Of a stretch of DNA of 64,000 bases, positions 44,071 through 55,009 are shown piece by piece; within the stretch, counting starts at the first letter, position 1, and every line of letters begins with the position of its first letter. Source of the stretch: Chloropicon primus (taxonomy: Eukaryota); contig CP060768.1 in the NCBI GenBank assembly GCA_023205875.1, forward strand, positions 372,001 to 436,000, read 5' to 3'. A program made the position numbers and the translations under genes. The notes beneath the pieces were generated by a model. That model was not told the origin of the DNA, did no database searches, and was given only the letters and a program-made list of their open reading frames with translations.

Positions 44071-45740
44071 ATTTTTTTTGACAGTTTTGACCAAGCCAGT
44101 TTTGAGGAGTTGAGGCAAAGGGAGCCACGCCTTTGTGGCGCGGCGTGTTGCTGCGTTTATTTGTCTTTTGGGTTTCGGTTTCGGCGTGCGCACGGATGCA
44201 CGGATGCCTTTTCGTGTCTCAACAGCAGCAACACACACAGTGGGTCCAAAGAATGATGGGTCCTATCCTATTCTGTCCTATCTTGGACGACAGGAGGACA
44301 GGAGGACAGGAGTGGTTGTTGCTGGATTGGTTCGCTCGCGCCCCTAAATAAACCTCACACCCGAGACAGCGGCGTTTTTGTTGTTTTGTGTTTCACATTT
44401 CATGTATTCATCCTAGTTTTTGCTTTTGGTTTGCTTCCTGGCCTGGCTCAGAGAAGGAAGGAGCGAGGAGTATAGACAATCAGTGCGTTCTTATGCACTA
44501 TGCCGCGAGATGTAGTGAGATGCGCGATTACTGGTTGTTTCCGGTTGAGCAAGCCCTGTCGGACTTGGGCGGGGAGACGGCACGAGAGGAAGAGGAATGA
44601 CGAGTCAAGCGAGGTGTTCGAGCTTCCAGAAGTCCCTACGACAGGAGGAGGCTGTCCTCATGGGCGGTTGAGGTGCACCTGCATTGTTGATGGCCATCCA
44701 GAGTGTGTTGTGGCAAGGGCAGGCGGTCTCACGCCATCGACCAAGAAAGATGGACGGAAACGTGTTGGGCAAGTACGTGTCCTGCTCACTGAGTCGTTTC
44801 GTGTGGGGCCATCCTCAGCATACCCCACAAGCACACTGTACCTTTCCAAGAAATGCGGCCTCATCACAGGAGACGGGGCAGCAAGGTTGGAGCCAGCAGA
44901 GCCAGTCACAAGGGCTGAGTCCTCCGCAGCGTGTTCCTGAACTTGCGCTGGAACGCCTTCACCCGGTCTCGATATTCCTCCTGGTCGAACCTCGGCAAAT
45001 AAGCTTGTCCTTTCCCGACACCATTCTCCTCCCATCGCTGGTGTCTCTCCTCGTCCACCAGTGTAGGGTCGCCACTTCTCCCGTGGGATAACGCGATTTC
45101 CTTCTCCCCTTCGCTCCATTCGGGAGCCCTCTTCTTCGTCGCCCTCCCCTTCTTCTTCGGGTGGTGCTTGACCCAGACCATGGTCCCCTCTCCAGCTCCC
45201 GCCAGGTCACACACCTCCTCGCCGTCCTCAGCCGTTACGATCAACGATCTCGTTGTCCTTGTGCAATTAACTGTCTATCACCGAATCCTTCTCTCACGGA
45301 GCAAGAGGAGAGGCGGCTGTTGTTTCGCCGCCTCCTCGGTTTGGAGGGTGGTGGTTTGACCCACCATACTTGTGTGCAAACCAAAAGCAAAAACTAGGAT
45401 GAATACATGAAATGTGAAACACAAAACAACAAAAACGCCGCTGTCTCGGGTGTGAGGTTTATTTAGGGGCGCGAGCGAACCAATCCAGCAACAACCACTC
45501 CTGTCCTCCTGTCCTCCTGTCGTCCAAGATAGGACAGAATAGGATAGGACCCATCATTCTTTGGACCCACTGTGTGTGTTGCTGCTGTTGAGACACGAAA
45601 AGGCATCCGTGCATCCGTGCGCACGCCGAAACCGAAACCCAAAAGACAAATAAACGCAGCAACACGCCGCGCCACAAAGGCGTGGCTCCCTTTGCCTCAA
45701 CTCCTCAAAACTGGCTTGGTCAAAACTGTCAAAAAAAAAT
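44071..45740. repeat. Long inverted repeat, arms 44071-44434 and 45376-45740, ~940-bp spacer; possibly a mobile element
   Basis: The arms are reverse complements apart from T8 vs A9; the ORF track shows the same peptides on opposite strands. Confidence 0.9.
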
Positions 45741-45831
45741 GGAGGGTGGTGGTTTGACGCACCATACTTGTGTGCAGACGTTTTCGTTTTGGTGTCGAGG
45801 TGGTGCCGAGTAGTTCCCGACTATAACGTAT

Positions 45832-45914
45832 AGCTCCCGACGTGATTTGAACACATGACCTATGGATACTAACTCTATCTGCAATCCATTGCTCTACCCC
45901 TGAGCTACAAGAGC
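45832..45914 (-). tRNA. tRNA-Cys(GCA) with an 11-nt intron (45868-45878)
   Basis: Cloverleaf: GCTCTTG/CGGGAGC acceptor, GCTC/GAGC D stem, ATGGA/TCCAT anticodon stem with GCA, TTCAAAT loop, U discriminator; intron at the canonical 37/38 position. Confidence 0.92.
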
Positions 45915-46045
45915 GGTGTTTTCTACACGACATTTTAGGCTATTTATGGTGTCCGGTGGGTCCCCCAGAGCCCCCCGAGAACCCGCGCAGCAGCCATCGA
46001 GTCCTCCAACTCGCAGGCGTCGTCGGCGTCGTCGTTCTCTTGAAA

Positions 46046-46885
46046 ATGTCGAAGGCCCCCGCCCCCGGGACCAAGCAGAAGGATAGGGATGGCCCCTCCG
46101 AGGCTGGCCGCGCGAAGCGGTCCAAGTACAACCCTGCGGCGAAGACCGCGGACCAGATTCGGGGTTGCCCGGGGTTGCTGATCACGAGCTACCCGGGGAA
46201 GGAGAGGCACTGCGCGAGGGAGGTGCTGTCGCTGCTGGACGAGTGCAAGCCGAGCTCGTCCCCCGAGAGCATCAAGGCCTCGGGCACCGAGAAGTCGATC
46301 TCGGAGCGCCTGAAGAGCGAGCTGGAGGAGCTCAGGGACCCGAGGAAGAAGGCTTACAGGTACCACATGATGAAAGGCGTGAACGGGGTCATCTTTCTGG
46401 AGTTCACGGAGGAGGCGAGGGGGGTTTGGACGCCCGCGGAGGCGGCGGCGGCGATCGCGGACGACGCGGTGAGGACGAGGAAGTGCAAGAGCAAGTGGAT
46501 AGGGAGGATGATTCCCGTGGAGACGAGCTGCTTCGCTTCCCTGGACGACATCGGGAAGCTGGCGGAGAGCGTGGCCGAGAAGCACTTTCCCAAGGACAAG
46601 GGCGAGGGCCTCACCTTCGCGGTGGAGTACGAGAGCAGGTCGTGCAAGCAGTTCAACCGCATGGACGTCATCGACAAGTTCGCGCACGCGGTCAGCCAGC
46701 CCCCCTACGTGGTGAAGCTGAGGGGCGCGGACAGGAGCATCCTCGTGCAGCTGATCACGAACAAGTGCTTCGTCTCGGTGGTCCCCGGGTACAAGGAAAA
46801 GTACTGCAAGTTCAACCTGCAGAGGCTCGTGGAGAGGGAGGAGGAGCAGGGGGAGGACGACGAGGCCAAAAAGGACGACGAGTAA
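46046..46885 (+). CDS. THUMPD1: THUMP domain protein (THUMPD1/Tan1-like)
   Basis: GLLITSYPGKERHCARE, RMIPV, FAVEYESR and KYCKFNL motifs. Confidence 0.75.
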   Translation: MSKAPAPGTKQKDRDGPSEAGRAKRSKYNPAAKTADQIRGCPGLLITSYPGKERHCAREVLSLLDECKPSSSPESIKASGTEKSISERLKSELEELRDPRKKAYRYHMMKGVNGVIFLEFTEEARGVWTPAEAAAAIADDAVRTRKCKSKWIGRMIPVETSCFASLDDIGKLAESVAEKHFPKDKGEGLTFAVEYESRSCKQFNRMDVIDKFAHAVSQPPYVVKLRGADRSILVQLITNKCFVSVVPGYKEKYCKFNLQRLVEREEEQGEDDEAKKDDE

Positions 46886-46982
46886 GGGCGCAAGGAGGAG
46901 GAGTCCGTTGGTGGGCCGAGCAGTCGAGCAAGTTCGGTGGTAACTCTGTGCTCGCTCGCAAAGGGAGGTCAGGACCAAGAGG

Positions 46983-47282
46983 ACAGCCTGGTCCATGGCG
47001 ACAGCGATCCTCCACCACCCCTCCTCCCTCGCGCGCAAAGGGAAGCCAGGAGGTCAACGAACGATCCATCATGATCAGGCTTGGCAACTTGTATTTACAC
47101 AGAGTTACACTTTTGCTCCGTCGTGGTAAATAGGATGATGTGTAAATGAATCATGTGCATTTACCCACCCATACCCAAGTGCAAACACCCAGCCACAGCC
47201 TGGTCCATGGCGACAGCGATCCTCCACCACCCCTCCTCCTCCCTCGCGCGCAAAGGGAAGCCAGGAGGACAACGAACGATCC
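46983..47282 (+). repeat. Direct repeat of ~85 bp (46983-47067 and 47195-47282)
   Basis: ACAGCCTGGTCCATGGCGACAGCGATCC...GGAAGCCAGGAGG present twice. Confidence 0.9.
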
Positions 47283-48051
47283 TAACCCCTCCATCATACA
47301 ATACGATCCGTTCCACTTCATGCCCATCGCCAATCCATCCATCAATCGTCCTCTTGCTTGTATCCATCCATCCATTGTGGTCTCTAGGGAAAGGGAAAGA
47401 TTTCGTGGAGGAAGGGACCTTGGCACCACCTGTCACAACCCCTCCCCACCCTCCTCCTCCTCCTCATCATCATCATCACCTGGTCCCTCCTCCCTCCCTC
47501 CATCCCCCTCGTCTCGTCCCCCTCGTCCTCGTCCAACTTTTCCATACGGGAATATTCATTTTTTTTCTTTTTTGGCGGCGGCGGCGCTGTAGAAATCCCC
47601 GTGTGCCGGATTTCGCCTATTTCCTTAATGAAAGGCGAAGAGAAAGAGAACGAGAACGAACTGCGATCGATCGCGATCGATCAGAACCCCAAAAACACGA
47701 CGGACGACGCGACGACGCAGAAACGACACAAACCTTTGACGGTCGGACGTGCATGGTAAGGACGACGCTTACGCTTACGCTTACGGAATGGAAAGACGAC
47801 GACGGAAGGGGAAGGAGAACGGGACGGGAAGGAGGCGACGACGAGACCTTTCCAGGGACACCTCTCTCGTGACGAGGCGTGCCCTGGTTGGGGAGATGCC
47901 TCCCACCATCTCTCTCTGTCTCTCTCTCTGTCTCTGTCTCTGTGTCTCTCTATTGGGTGGTTGTTCTGCCTCGAGAGATGCGACGGGGAGAGGGAGCGGG
48001 ACTCGCTTGCGCGTCTTTCGTCGTACCTTTTCTTCCGTGTCTTGCTCTCCC

Positions 48052-48091
<40 letters not shown>

Positions 48092-48456
48092 ACGTTTGGT
48101 TTAGGTTTTCTTTGCTTGGACCCTCGAGGACGGAGTGATTGTGCGCGTGGTTGGCTTGGGGGTCGGCTCCGTTGCCCCTCTTTGTCCACTCCTCCGCCTT
48201 CTTCTCCTTTCTCCTTGACGTACGTACGTTCGTTCGCTGACTTGCTTGCTTGCTGCTCTTCTTCATCTTCATCTTCATCTTCTTCTTCTTCTTCTTCAGA
48301 ACTTGGACGCGCAGTCGCTTGGAATTTTTGTGAACGTAACAGGAGTACTCGTCTTCTTCCTAATCGTCGTCTACCACTACGTAGTGACGGAGCCCAAAGA
48401 AGAAAGCCACCAGGAATAGAGAGAGAGAGAGAGAATAGCAAAGCAAACAAGCAACC

Positions 48457-48912
48457 ATGGGACGTATGCACAGTAAAGGAAAGGGTATGAGCAAGAGCGC
48501 TCTGCCTTACAAGAGGTCTCCACCAACCTGGCTCAAGGTCACCGCCCAGGAGGTCACCGAGAACATCTGCAAGTTGGCCAAGAAGGGACACACCCCCTCC
48601 CAGATTGGTGTCATCCTTCGTGACTCTCACGGTATCCCTCAGATCGGATCCGTCACCTCGAGCAAGGTTCTCAGAATCTTGAAGGGACACGGGTTGGCCC
48701 CAGAGCTGCCAGAGGACCTCTACTTCTTGATCAAGAAGGCTGTGAACGTCAGAAAGCACCTTGAGAAGAACAGGGGAGACAAGGACTCCAAGTTCAGGCT
48801 CATTCTCATCGAGTCCAGGATCCACAGGTTGGCTAGATACTACAAGACCACCAAGAAGGTCGCCCCTAACTTTAAGTACGAGAGTGCCACTGCTTCCACC
48901 TTGGTCGCTTAA
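48457..48912 (+). CDS. RPS13: 40S ribosomal protein S13 (uS15)
   Basis: [10 protein letters not shown]...[23 protein letters not shown], 151 aa. Confidence 0.99.
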   Translation: MGRMHSKGKGMSKSALPYKRSPPTWLKVTAQEVTENICKLAKKGHTPSQIGVILRDSHGIPQIGSVTSSKVLRILKGHGLAPELPEDLYFLIKKAVNVRKHLEKNRGDKDSKFRLILIESRIHRLARYYKTTKKVAPNFKYESATASTLVA

Positions 48913-49110
48913 GGCTCGTGGTGATTCAGTAGTTAGTACACCAACCTTGTAATGCAAAACCAACTATAGTTTATAAAGACCAAACCGCCTCGTCGCCCTC
49001 GCCCTCGCCCCGAGCCAAACCGATCACCCAAGGGTGGAGCGGAGTGAGAAACTCCCGTCCCGTCCTCCTCCTCCTCCGAGCCTCTCTCTCCTATTCCTAC
49101 CATTCAAGCG

Positions 49111-49284
49111 ATGCAGGCTGCTGCTGCGCCGAGCGCGGTGGACGTGGCGGAGGTTGTTCTCAAGCACTACGAGGACGAGCTTCCTCGGACGGGGAAGCCA
49201 CAACCTCACGAGACAACTGTCCTCGCCGCCTTCGTCCTGTCCACCGCGAAGACCGTCGAGGAGGACGCTGCTGCGGTTGAACAA

Positions 49285-49321
<37 letters not shown>

Positions 49322-50436
49322 TTCAAGTGGTGGCTCTGGGCACTGGAACCAAGTGCTTGAGCGGCAGCAAGCGTTCCAAGATAGGGGATGCGATCCACGA
49401 CTCGCACGCGGAGGTTGTGGCGAGGAGGGCGCTCGTGAGATGGATGCTGGCTCACGCCCGCCTCGCCCTTCTCGGAGTGGAGTCCGCGGTGGTGGTTGGG
49501 GGATGCATCTTCGTCGACACGTCCGAAGGGGGAGGCGAGAGGAGGCTGAGGCTGAGGGAGGGTTTGGGGTTGCACTTCTTCGCATCGGAGATGCCTTGTG
49601 GGGATGCCTGCGTCTCGGCATCATCTGGAAGGAGGACGGGAGCAAAGGAGGTCACCACGACGGAGGCGCCACCGGAGGCCAGCGAAGTGGAGTCTGGGGA
49701 GCAAGCGACCCACCGCGCTCGGAGGAAGCCCGGGAGGGGGGAGGCGACCCTGAGCATGAGCTGCAGCGACAAGATCGCAAAGTGGCTTATCCTTGGCGTG
49801 CAGGGCTGCCTCCTGTCCAGGTGGGTCGACGCGGTACCGATACGGACGTTGACAATCCTGTTGGCGGAGTCCTCAGGGTGCCGGGAGACCTTGAGGGGCG
49901 CGCAGGAGTCCGCCCAGAGGGCGTTCTGGGGGAGAACGCGGGGCTTCGACCGCGGATCATCACCACCTCGCGCTTGCACCCCCCCCGCCATTCGAGTGAT
50001 CTCCCACCGAGATGCTGCCGGCGGCATCGCAGAGAAGCTGGGTTTAATCATCGGGGCGGGGTCCTCCTCCCCCTCGCGGGCCTCAAAGTCGGGCGTGTCT
50101 ATCAACTGGTCAGCCCTGCACTACTTTGAAGCAAATCGGACCTTCGGCCCGATCCACGAGGTTACTCTCTCTGCATCTGGAAGGAAAGCGGGAGCGAGCA
50201 AGAGGCTCCGAACCGGAGAAATCTTCAACAGCAAGGTCGTGTCCACCATCTCCAGGTACCACACCTTGCGATCTTTCCTCGACCTCCTCGAGGAGGAGCA
50301 CGGCAGCGCGCTGGGGAGTATGGCGTACGACGATCTCAAGGCGGGCCTGGGGACGGACTACTACGAGACTTGGAAGAGAATGAAGGAGGACAAGGGGTCC
50401 ATCTTCTCCTTCTGGATCGCGAAACGGGATGGTTGA
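49111..50436 (+). CDS. ADAT1: tRNA-specific adenosine deaminase (ADAT1/TAD1-like) with a poly-His tract from (CAT)n
   Basis: GTGTKC, HDSHAEVVARR, PCGDA, RTGAK, KPGRG and SMSCSDK motifs; no dsRNA-binding domain. Confidence 0.85.
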
Positions 50437-50548
50437 CCGTGCATCCATCTTAATTCTGTAACAATACTTGGTTGCCTACTTTTACACCCACACCCATACC
50501 CCTTGTGCATACAGCAGTCCCGCCACTTCAGGGCCAGTCCCGCCAGTT

Positions 50549-51067
50549 TTAAGGTTCCCCTCGAGGCCCCCATCCGGGGTCTTCCGCAGGCTGGAACAGC
50601 CAGTTGTTCCTGATCCCCGTGGCTTTGCACTCGCCACAATCGACACAGCCGTCTCCCTCGCACCGGGGACACCGGGTTCCTTTCCCTCCCTCCAGAAGTC
50701 CTCCGACCTTTCCCCTGCCTTGGCAGCACTCGCACACGACCAACCCGCTGCCCACGCACTCCTAACCGAAACACAAAACCGCGGGACGTCAGTCAACCTT
50801 CCAGCCTCGCCTGGCCACGCCCACGCGCGCACTTACCATGCACCTCTGAGGTATGAACGCGCCCCTCACGTTCTTGGAGATAAAGCTCTGCATCCAAGCA
50901 TCCAAGGGACTTGCTGCAGATTGCCTCCTCGCGGACTCCCCTCTCGGCTCGAGATCCCCTCCACCGGCCACGGACGGCACAACACGTCGTCTCTTGCCAC
51001 GCGACCCGACTCTGCGAACGCTCACCAGCCCACCGCCTCGCCCAACTGCCATGTTCATGTCCACCAT
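50549..51067 (-). CDS. Small DnaJ-type zinc-finger protein, probably plastid; one intron ~50762-50836
   Basis: Spliced product has four CxxCxGxG-like motifs (CMECVGSG, CECCQGRG, CPRCEGDG, CGECKATG); start uncertain. Confidence 0.7.
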
Positions 51068-51718
51068 CTGCATCACGACTCGAGAACCAGCGTCAATCCT
51101 CCTCGTTCTTCCTCCAACCCTCACCAAATCTTGCAACGAAGGCGTCGAACGAAAGAGAGAGACGCGAGGATTCCATCGGTGCGTCCCACTTTCGTGCCAC
51201 AGCAACCGTCGTCCCCCCTCTGTCGAGGAGAAAGAAGCGAAGCGTCCTCCCTGGTGACTGACAGCTCGCGGTCTGTTGATCCCAAGGACAAGACGCGGCC
51301 TCTGGGCGGGAGTGAACCAGGAGGAACAGGTGAGGTAGACCTTGGTTTGACAATGTTGCGGAGGTCCAGGAGGAGCGTTAGGGTGATGGATCGACCAAGA
51401 CTAGTCTCCTCCTGCTTTATTCGAGCTCTCACTCGAAAGGTTTGACGTAATGGGGAGGATATGGAGAGACTGACAAGAGTTTTGTGTTGTGTTGCTCCCA
51501 CTCTCAAGCCCAGAGGTGAGTTTGGTCGCTGATTAGGGAAACTGGGGGAGAGAAGCGCGGAAAGGTAGGGCTACGATCGCAAAGATCGTGTCACGAACTT
51601 TCGTTTGCCCTTTCGTTCGAAAGGTTTGACGCACTGGTGAGGATTGAACTGGAACTTACCCAACAAGGCGGGCTGCTGTTTGGTGTTGTCGGGAAGGAGT
51701 GGAGCGGAGCGGGCGGGG

Positions 51719-52496
51719 ATGAGGGGGGGCACCATCTTGTGCGCCCTGACCTTCTGGGCAGCGTTGTCTTACTTGACCTCAGGGGCCTTGGCCTTTTCTC
51801 GAGTGATGGAGATGACGTACGAGGACTTTGACGAGGAGACCAAAGTTCCCGTGTACGATGGCCCTGGGGATTTCATATCTCTGGCCTTCTACTCGAGCTG
51901 GGACTTGAGGGTAAGAAACACGGAGCGAGTCGAGGGAGAGGCCTGTGCCAGACTCAAAGATCAAGCACCCTGCCCCACACGGCTTCCTTCCTTCTCTCTC
52001 TGAGCTCTGCACATGTGTATGTCAAAGCTGTCTGCTGACAGGAACCTCCTCCTTTTGTTGTGTGTGTGTGTGCTGGGACCAAAGTCCCAGAAGTTTATGG
52101 TCGAGTACGACAAGATGGCTGACATGCTTCACGAGGAGAGCGTCACGAACTTCACACTTGCGCGGGTGAACTCGGCAAACCAACAGAACCAGGGCATCAC
52201 GGCGCACTACAAGGTCAAATCCTTTCCTCACCTCTTTTACTTCCACAAGCTGGTAAGATAGAATGTCTCGCTGGAGCGAAAGGTCGGCCACCGCCTCGAA
52301 CCACTAACACACACCGCGCTTGCCCACTTTTGCTCTCCAGGAGAAGCACCCTTACGCGAAGACAGACGCCCAGGAGATGAGCAAGGTCCTCGATTCTGGT
52401 TCTCTGGACGCTGCGGCGATGCTCCGGTGGCTGCAGCGGATCACCAAGGAAACGTTCGACGAGGAGCCCATCGGCGTCATCCACGATGAAATATAG
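51719..52496 (+). CDS. Secretory-pathway thioredoxin-fold protein without CxxC; introns 51911-52084 and 52253-52340
   Basis: Signal peptide, AFYSSWDLRSQ at the WCxxC position, ARVN..YKVKSFPHLFYF and C-terminal HDEI. Confidence 0.7.
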
Positions 52497-52780
52497 ATAG
52501 AGCACTATGATAGGAAGTCATGGCAAGAGAGCAGCAGCAGCAGCAGTCTCGATCCCAGCTTTCTCTTGTTCGAGCGAGACGGAGTGGAAAGTATCCTTGC
52601 CAGAGAGGGAGGGACTGGAAGGAGAGAGGAGGGAGGAGGGAGGGGAGGAGTGACTTGGTCATCCTACATTCGTGTACACAAAAAAATATCCATTCACTCT
52701 ACAAAACATCAGGTCTACAGAGGAACTCGCGGCGTGACTTCAAACCCGTCGTCGTTGTCGTTGCCCCGTCGTTGTCTCAC

Positions 52781-53431
52781 TCAAGCGGTCAAGCGTCGCC
52801 AGAGATCCAAAAGGCAAAGAATTTGGTTTCTCGTGAACGTCTTCTTCGTAATGGGGTCGAAGTTCTTCGCTTCATCGTACTCCTGTCCAGCTCCATCGAC
52901 CTTCTTTTGCATAAACCATCCGCAAATATTCTCAAGCAAGTAACACTGTGCAGTCTTCCAAGCATCTGTCGCCAGCGCTGCACCTCGTCCACTCCCCTTG
53001 TCGCAGGATATGACAACCACTTTGCCCTGGTCCAGCGCATCGCCCATGTCGTCGAAAAGTACGAAGTCTTCCTTCCCCTTCACCACGCCGCGTGCTGTCG
53101 AGGCATCCAAGTAAGACACGCCTTCCTCTCCCTTGGACCGACGGGTCAAGATCCTCGAGATCGCGTCCTTGTTCGAGGGATCCTTCGTCGTCACGTAGAC
53201 GTCCAGTTCCTGCTCCGCCTCTGGCACGGTCCCCTCCGCTTCACACCAAGCGTCCAGCGAGGCAGAGGTCCCACCTTGTGGAGAGCCAAGGACACGCCTT
53301 TGAGTTTGTGCAGGCAAAGACGAGGAGGTCGTTTGCGTTCCCTGGGCGTTATGAACGTAACTTCTCAAGGCATCGAAGGGTATCGACAAGGCATCGTTCA
53401 TGCTCAAGAAGGGTTCACCCCTTCCGGTCAT
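52781..53431 (-). CDS. Hypothetical protein
   Basis: ~216-aa ORF with coding-like composition; no recognised family. Confidence 0.5.
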   Translation of the reverse strand: MTGRGEPFLSMNDALSIPFDALRSYVHNAQGTQTTSSSLPAQTQRRVLGSPQGGTSASLDAWCEAEGTVPEAEQELDVYVTTKDPSNKDAISRILTRRSKGEEGVSYLDASTARGVVKGKEDFVLFDDMGDALDQGKVVVISCDKGSGRGAALATDAWKTAQCYLLENICGWFMQKKVDGAGQEYDEAKNFDPITKKTFTRNQILCLLDLWRRLTA

Positions 53432-53665
53432 CGCAACGACGAGGCCTCTCCTCTCCCTCTCCTGGTGGTCCTTGGTCGACGACAGCCACCAGCAAGTGAT
53501 GAGGGCAAGGGAGGACAAAGGTTCTGAGGAAGAAGCAAGCAAAAGAAAGGAACACATGATTGTTTTATTTCGTTCACAACCACAGGGGATCGTGCCACGT
53601 ATTCATTTTAGTCCACTGCAGTGTCGTTCGTACACAACAGGCGACAACCTCCTGTCCTTTTGTTG

Positions 53666-54388
53666 TTAGAAAGAACCTCCCTTGTGCTTGAGGGTAATGA
53701 GAAGGGTCTTCATGGCGGTAAGGTCGTGCCTGCCTTCGTTCTTGCTGTCATCCAACTCGATCAGCTCAACAACGCCTTCCCAGCCCGAGGCAACCGTTGC
53801 CTCCGTCACCATGCCCTGCTCCTCACTACAAGGGAGAGTTGGCAAGAAGAAACACACAAAGAGCAAACAAGGAGAAGATAAAGGAGGAGGGGAGTCAGTG
53901 CACGAAACGATGGGACAACGCGGTTGAGAGGTCACGTACATAGCCTGCTTCTTCTTCGCCTCGATCTTCTTCTCTCTCTCAGCGTAAAACTGATCCTTCT
54001 CCTTGGTTGCTTTCTCCCTCAGTTCGGTCACCAGCTTCTGGGACTCGGCACTCGACTTGCCAATGTCCACAGCACCATTACTGGACGAAGAAAAGCCTAG
54101 CGGAAGCAGAGCAAAGGAACGAAACGGAATTAGATCTCGATCTCGTCAGTATTCTGTCTCTCCTTCCCCCGAGAACCTCACAAAGGCCACATCTTTATTA
54201 GCAGTGAAGCGTGCCAAGTGTTTCTTCCTTCTTGTTCCCAAGCTCTTTCACCTTTGAAGGAGTAAACAGGGTCACTTACCCAAGTCAAGTGGCTGGCTCT
54301 CGGTGGTCTCGGTAGTCTCCATGGTCTCGGTAGCTCCGTTCTCGCCCTCGGTAGCTTCCATCACCTGTTCGTTCGCCAAGTCTTCCAT
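53666..54388 (-). CDS. CLC: Clathrin light chain; introns 54097-54279 and 53826-53939
   Basis: Acidic exon 1, charged helix and C-terminal WEGVVELI...DLTAMKTLLITLK; both splices are in frame. Confidence 0.75.
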
Positions 54389-54395
54389 CGATCGT

Positions 54396-54427
<32 letters not shown>

Positions 54428-55009
54428 GCAGCCAACAAGTGACAACAAGTGACAGTGACCCTAATTGGTTCACCTTCTCGCTCTCTTCCTCGAGCTTCAT
54501 ACATCGAAGTTCCCCTGAAGAGGAAGGAGGAAGGAAGGACACGTGGAACACCCATCGGCAACGAACTCCACGCGCAACTCTTGGGTTCCGTCCATCCGGT
54601 GATCACTCAGCTCTTGCATTGGCCGCTGCTTCCACCTTGGCTCGATTCTTGGCCATCCCTTGGTTGGAGTGGAGTCCGAAAACGAACCCAAGGTCAAGTC
54701 CTACGCAACTCAAACTTGGTCTCTTGGATTCGGATTGAGGGACACACACACACACACACGCACGCACGCTTGTGTTTCGTGTACCCTTTCGTGTCCCGTT
54801 GCTTGACTCCGACGACAGGACCACATCGATTGTACCATCCAAGCCGGCGCCTTGGACGGGAGGAGAGGACGAACTGAACTCCAAGGGCTGCTCCAAGGGC
54901 TTGGCTCAACCCTTCATCTTCATCTTCATCTTCATCTTCATCTTGCTTGAGGATTGTCTGACTTGAAGCTGGAAGGGGATTGGTTTTGGTTGTCGTCTGT
55001 TGTGGCGTG

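Noticed and set aside
44071..44434. Hammerhead ribozyme (Penelope-like pLTR) in the repeat arm
   Set aside because: No CTGANGA core was found on either strand by eye.
44434..45375. Transposase or other gene in the inverted-repeat spacer
   Set aside because: Only short overlapping ORFs with no recognised domain; a single CPHGRLRCTC motif is insufficient.
45832..46885. Functional link between tRNA-Cys and the divergent THUMPD1 gene
   Set aside because: THUMPD1/Tan1 acts on Ser and Leu tRNAs, and adjacency is expected in a compact genome.
47750..48300. snoRNA in a probable RPS13 leader intron
   Set aside because: No convincing C/D or H/ACA box pair; mostly low-complexity sequence.
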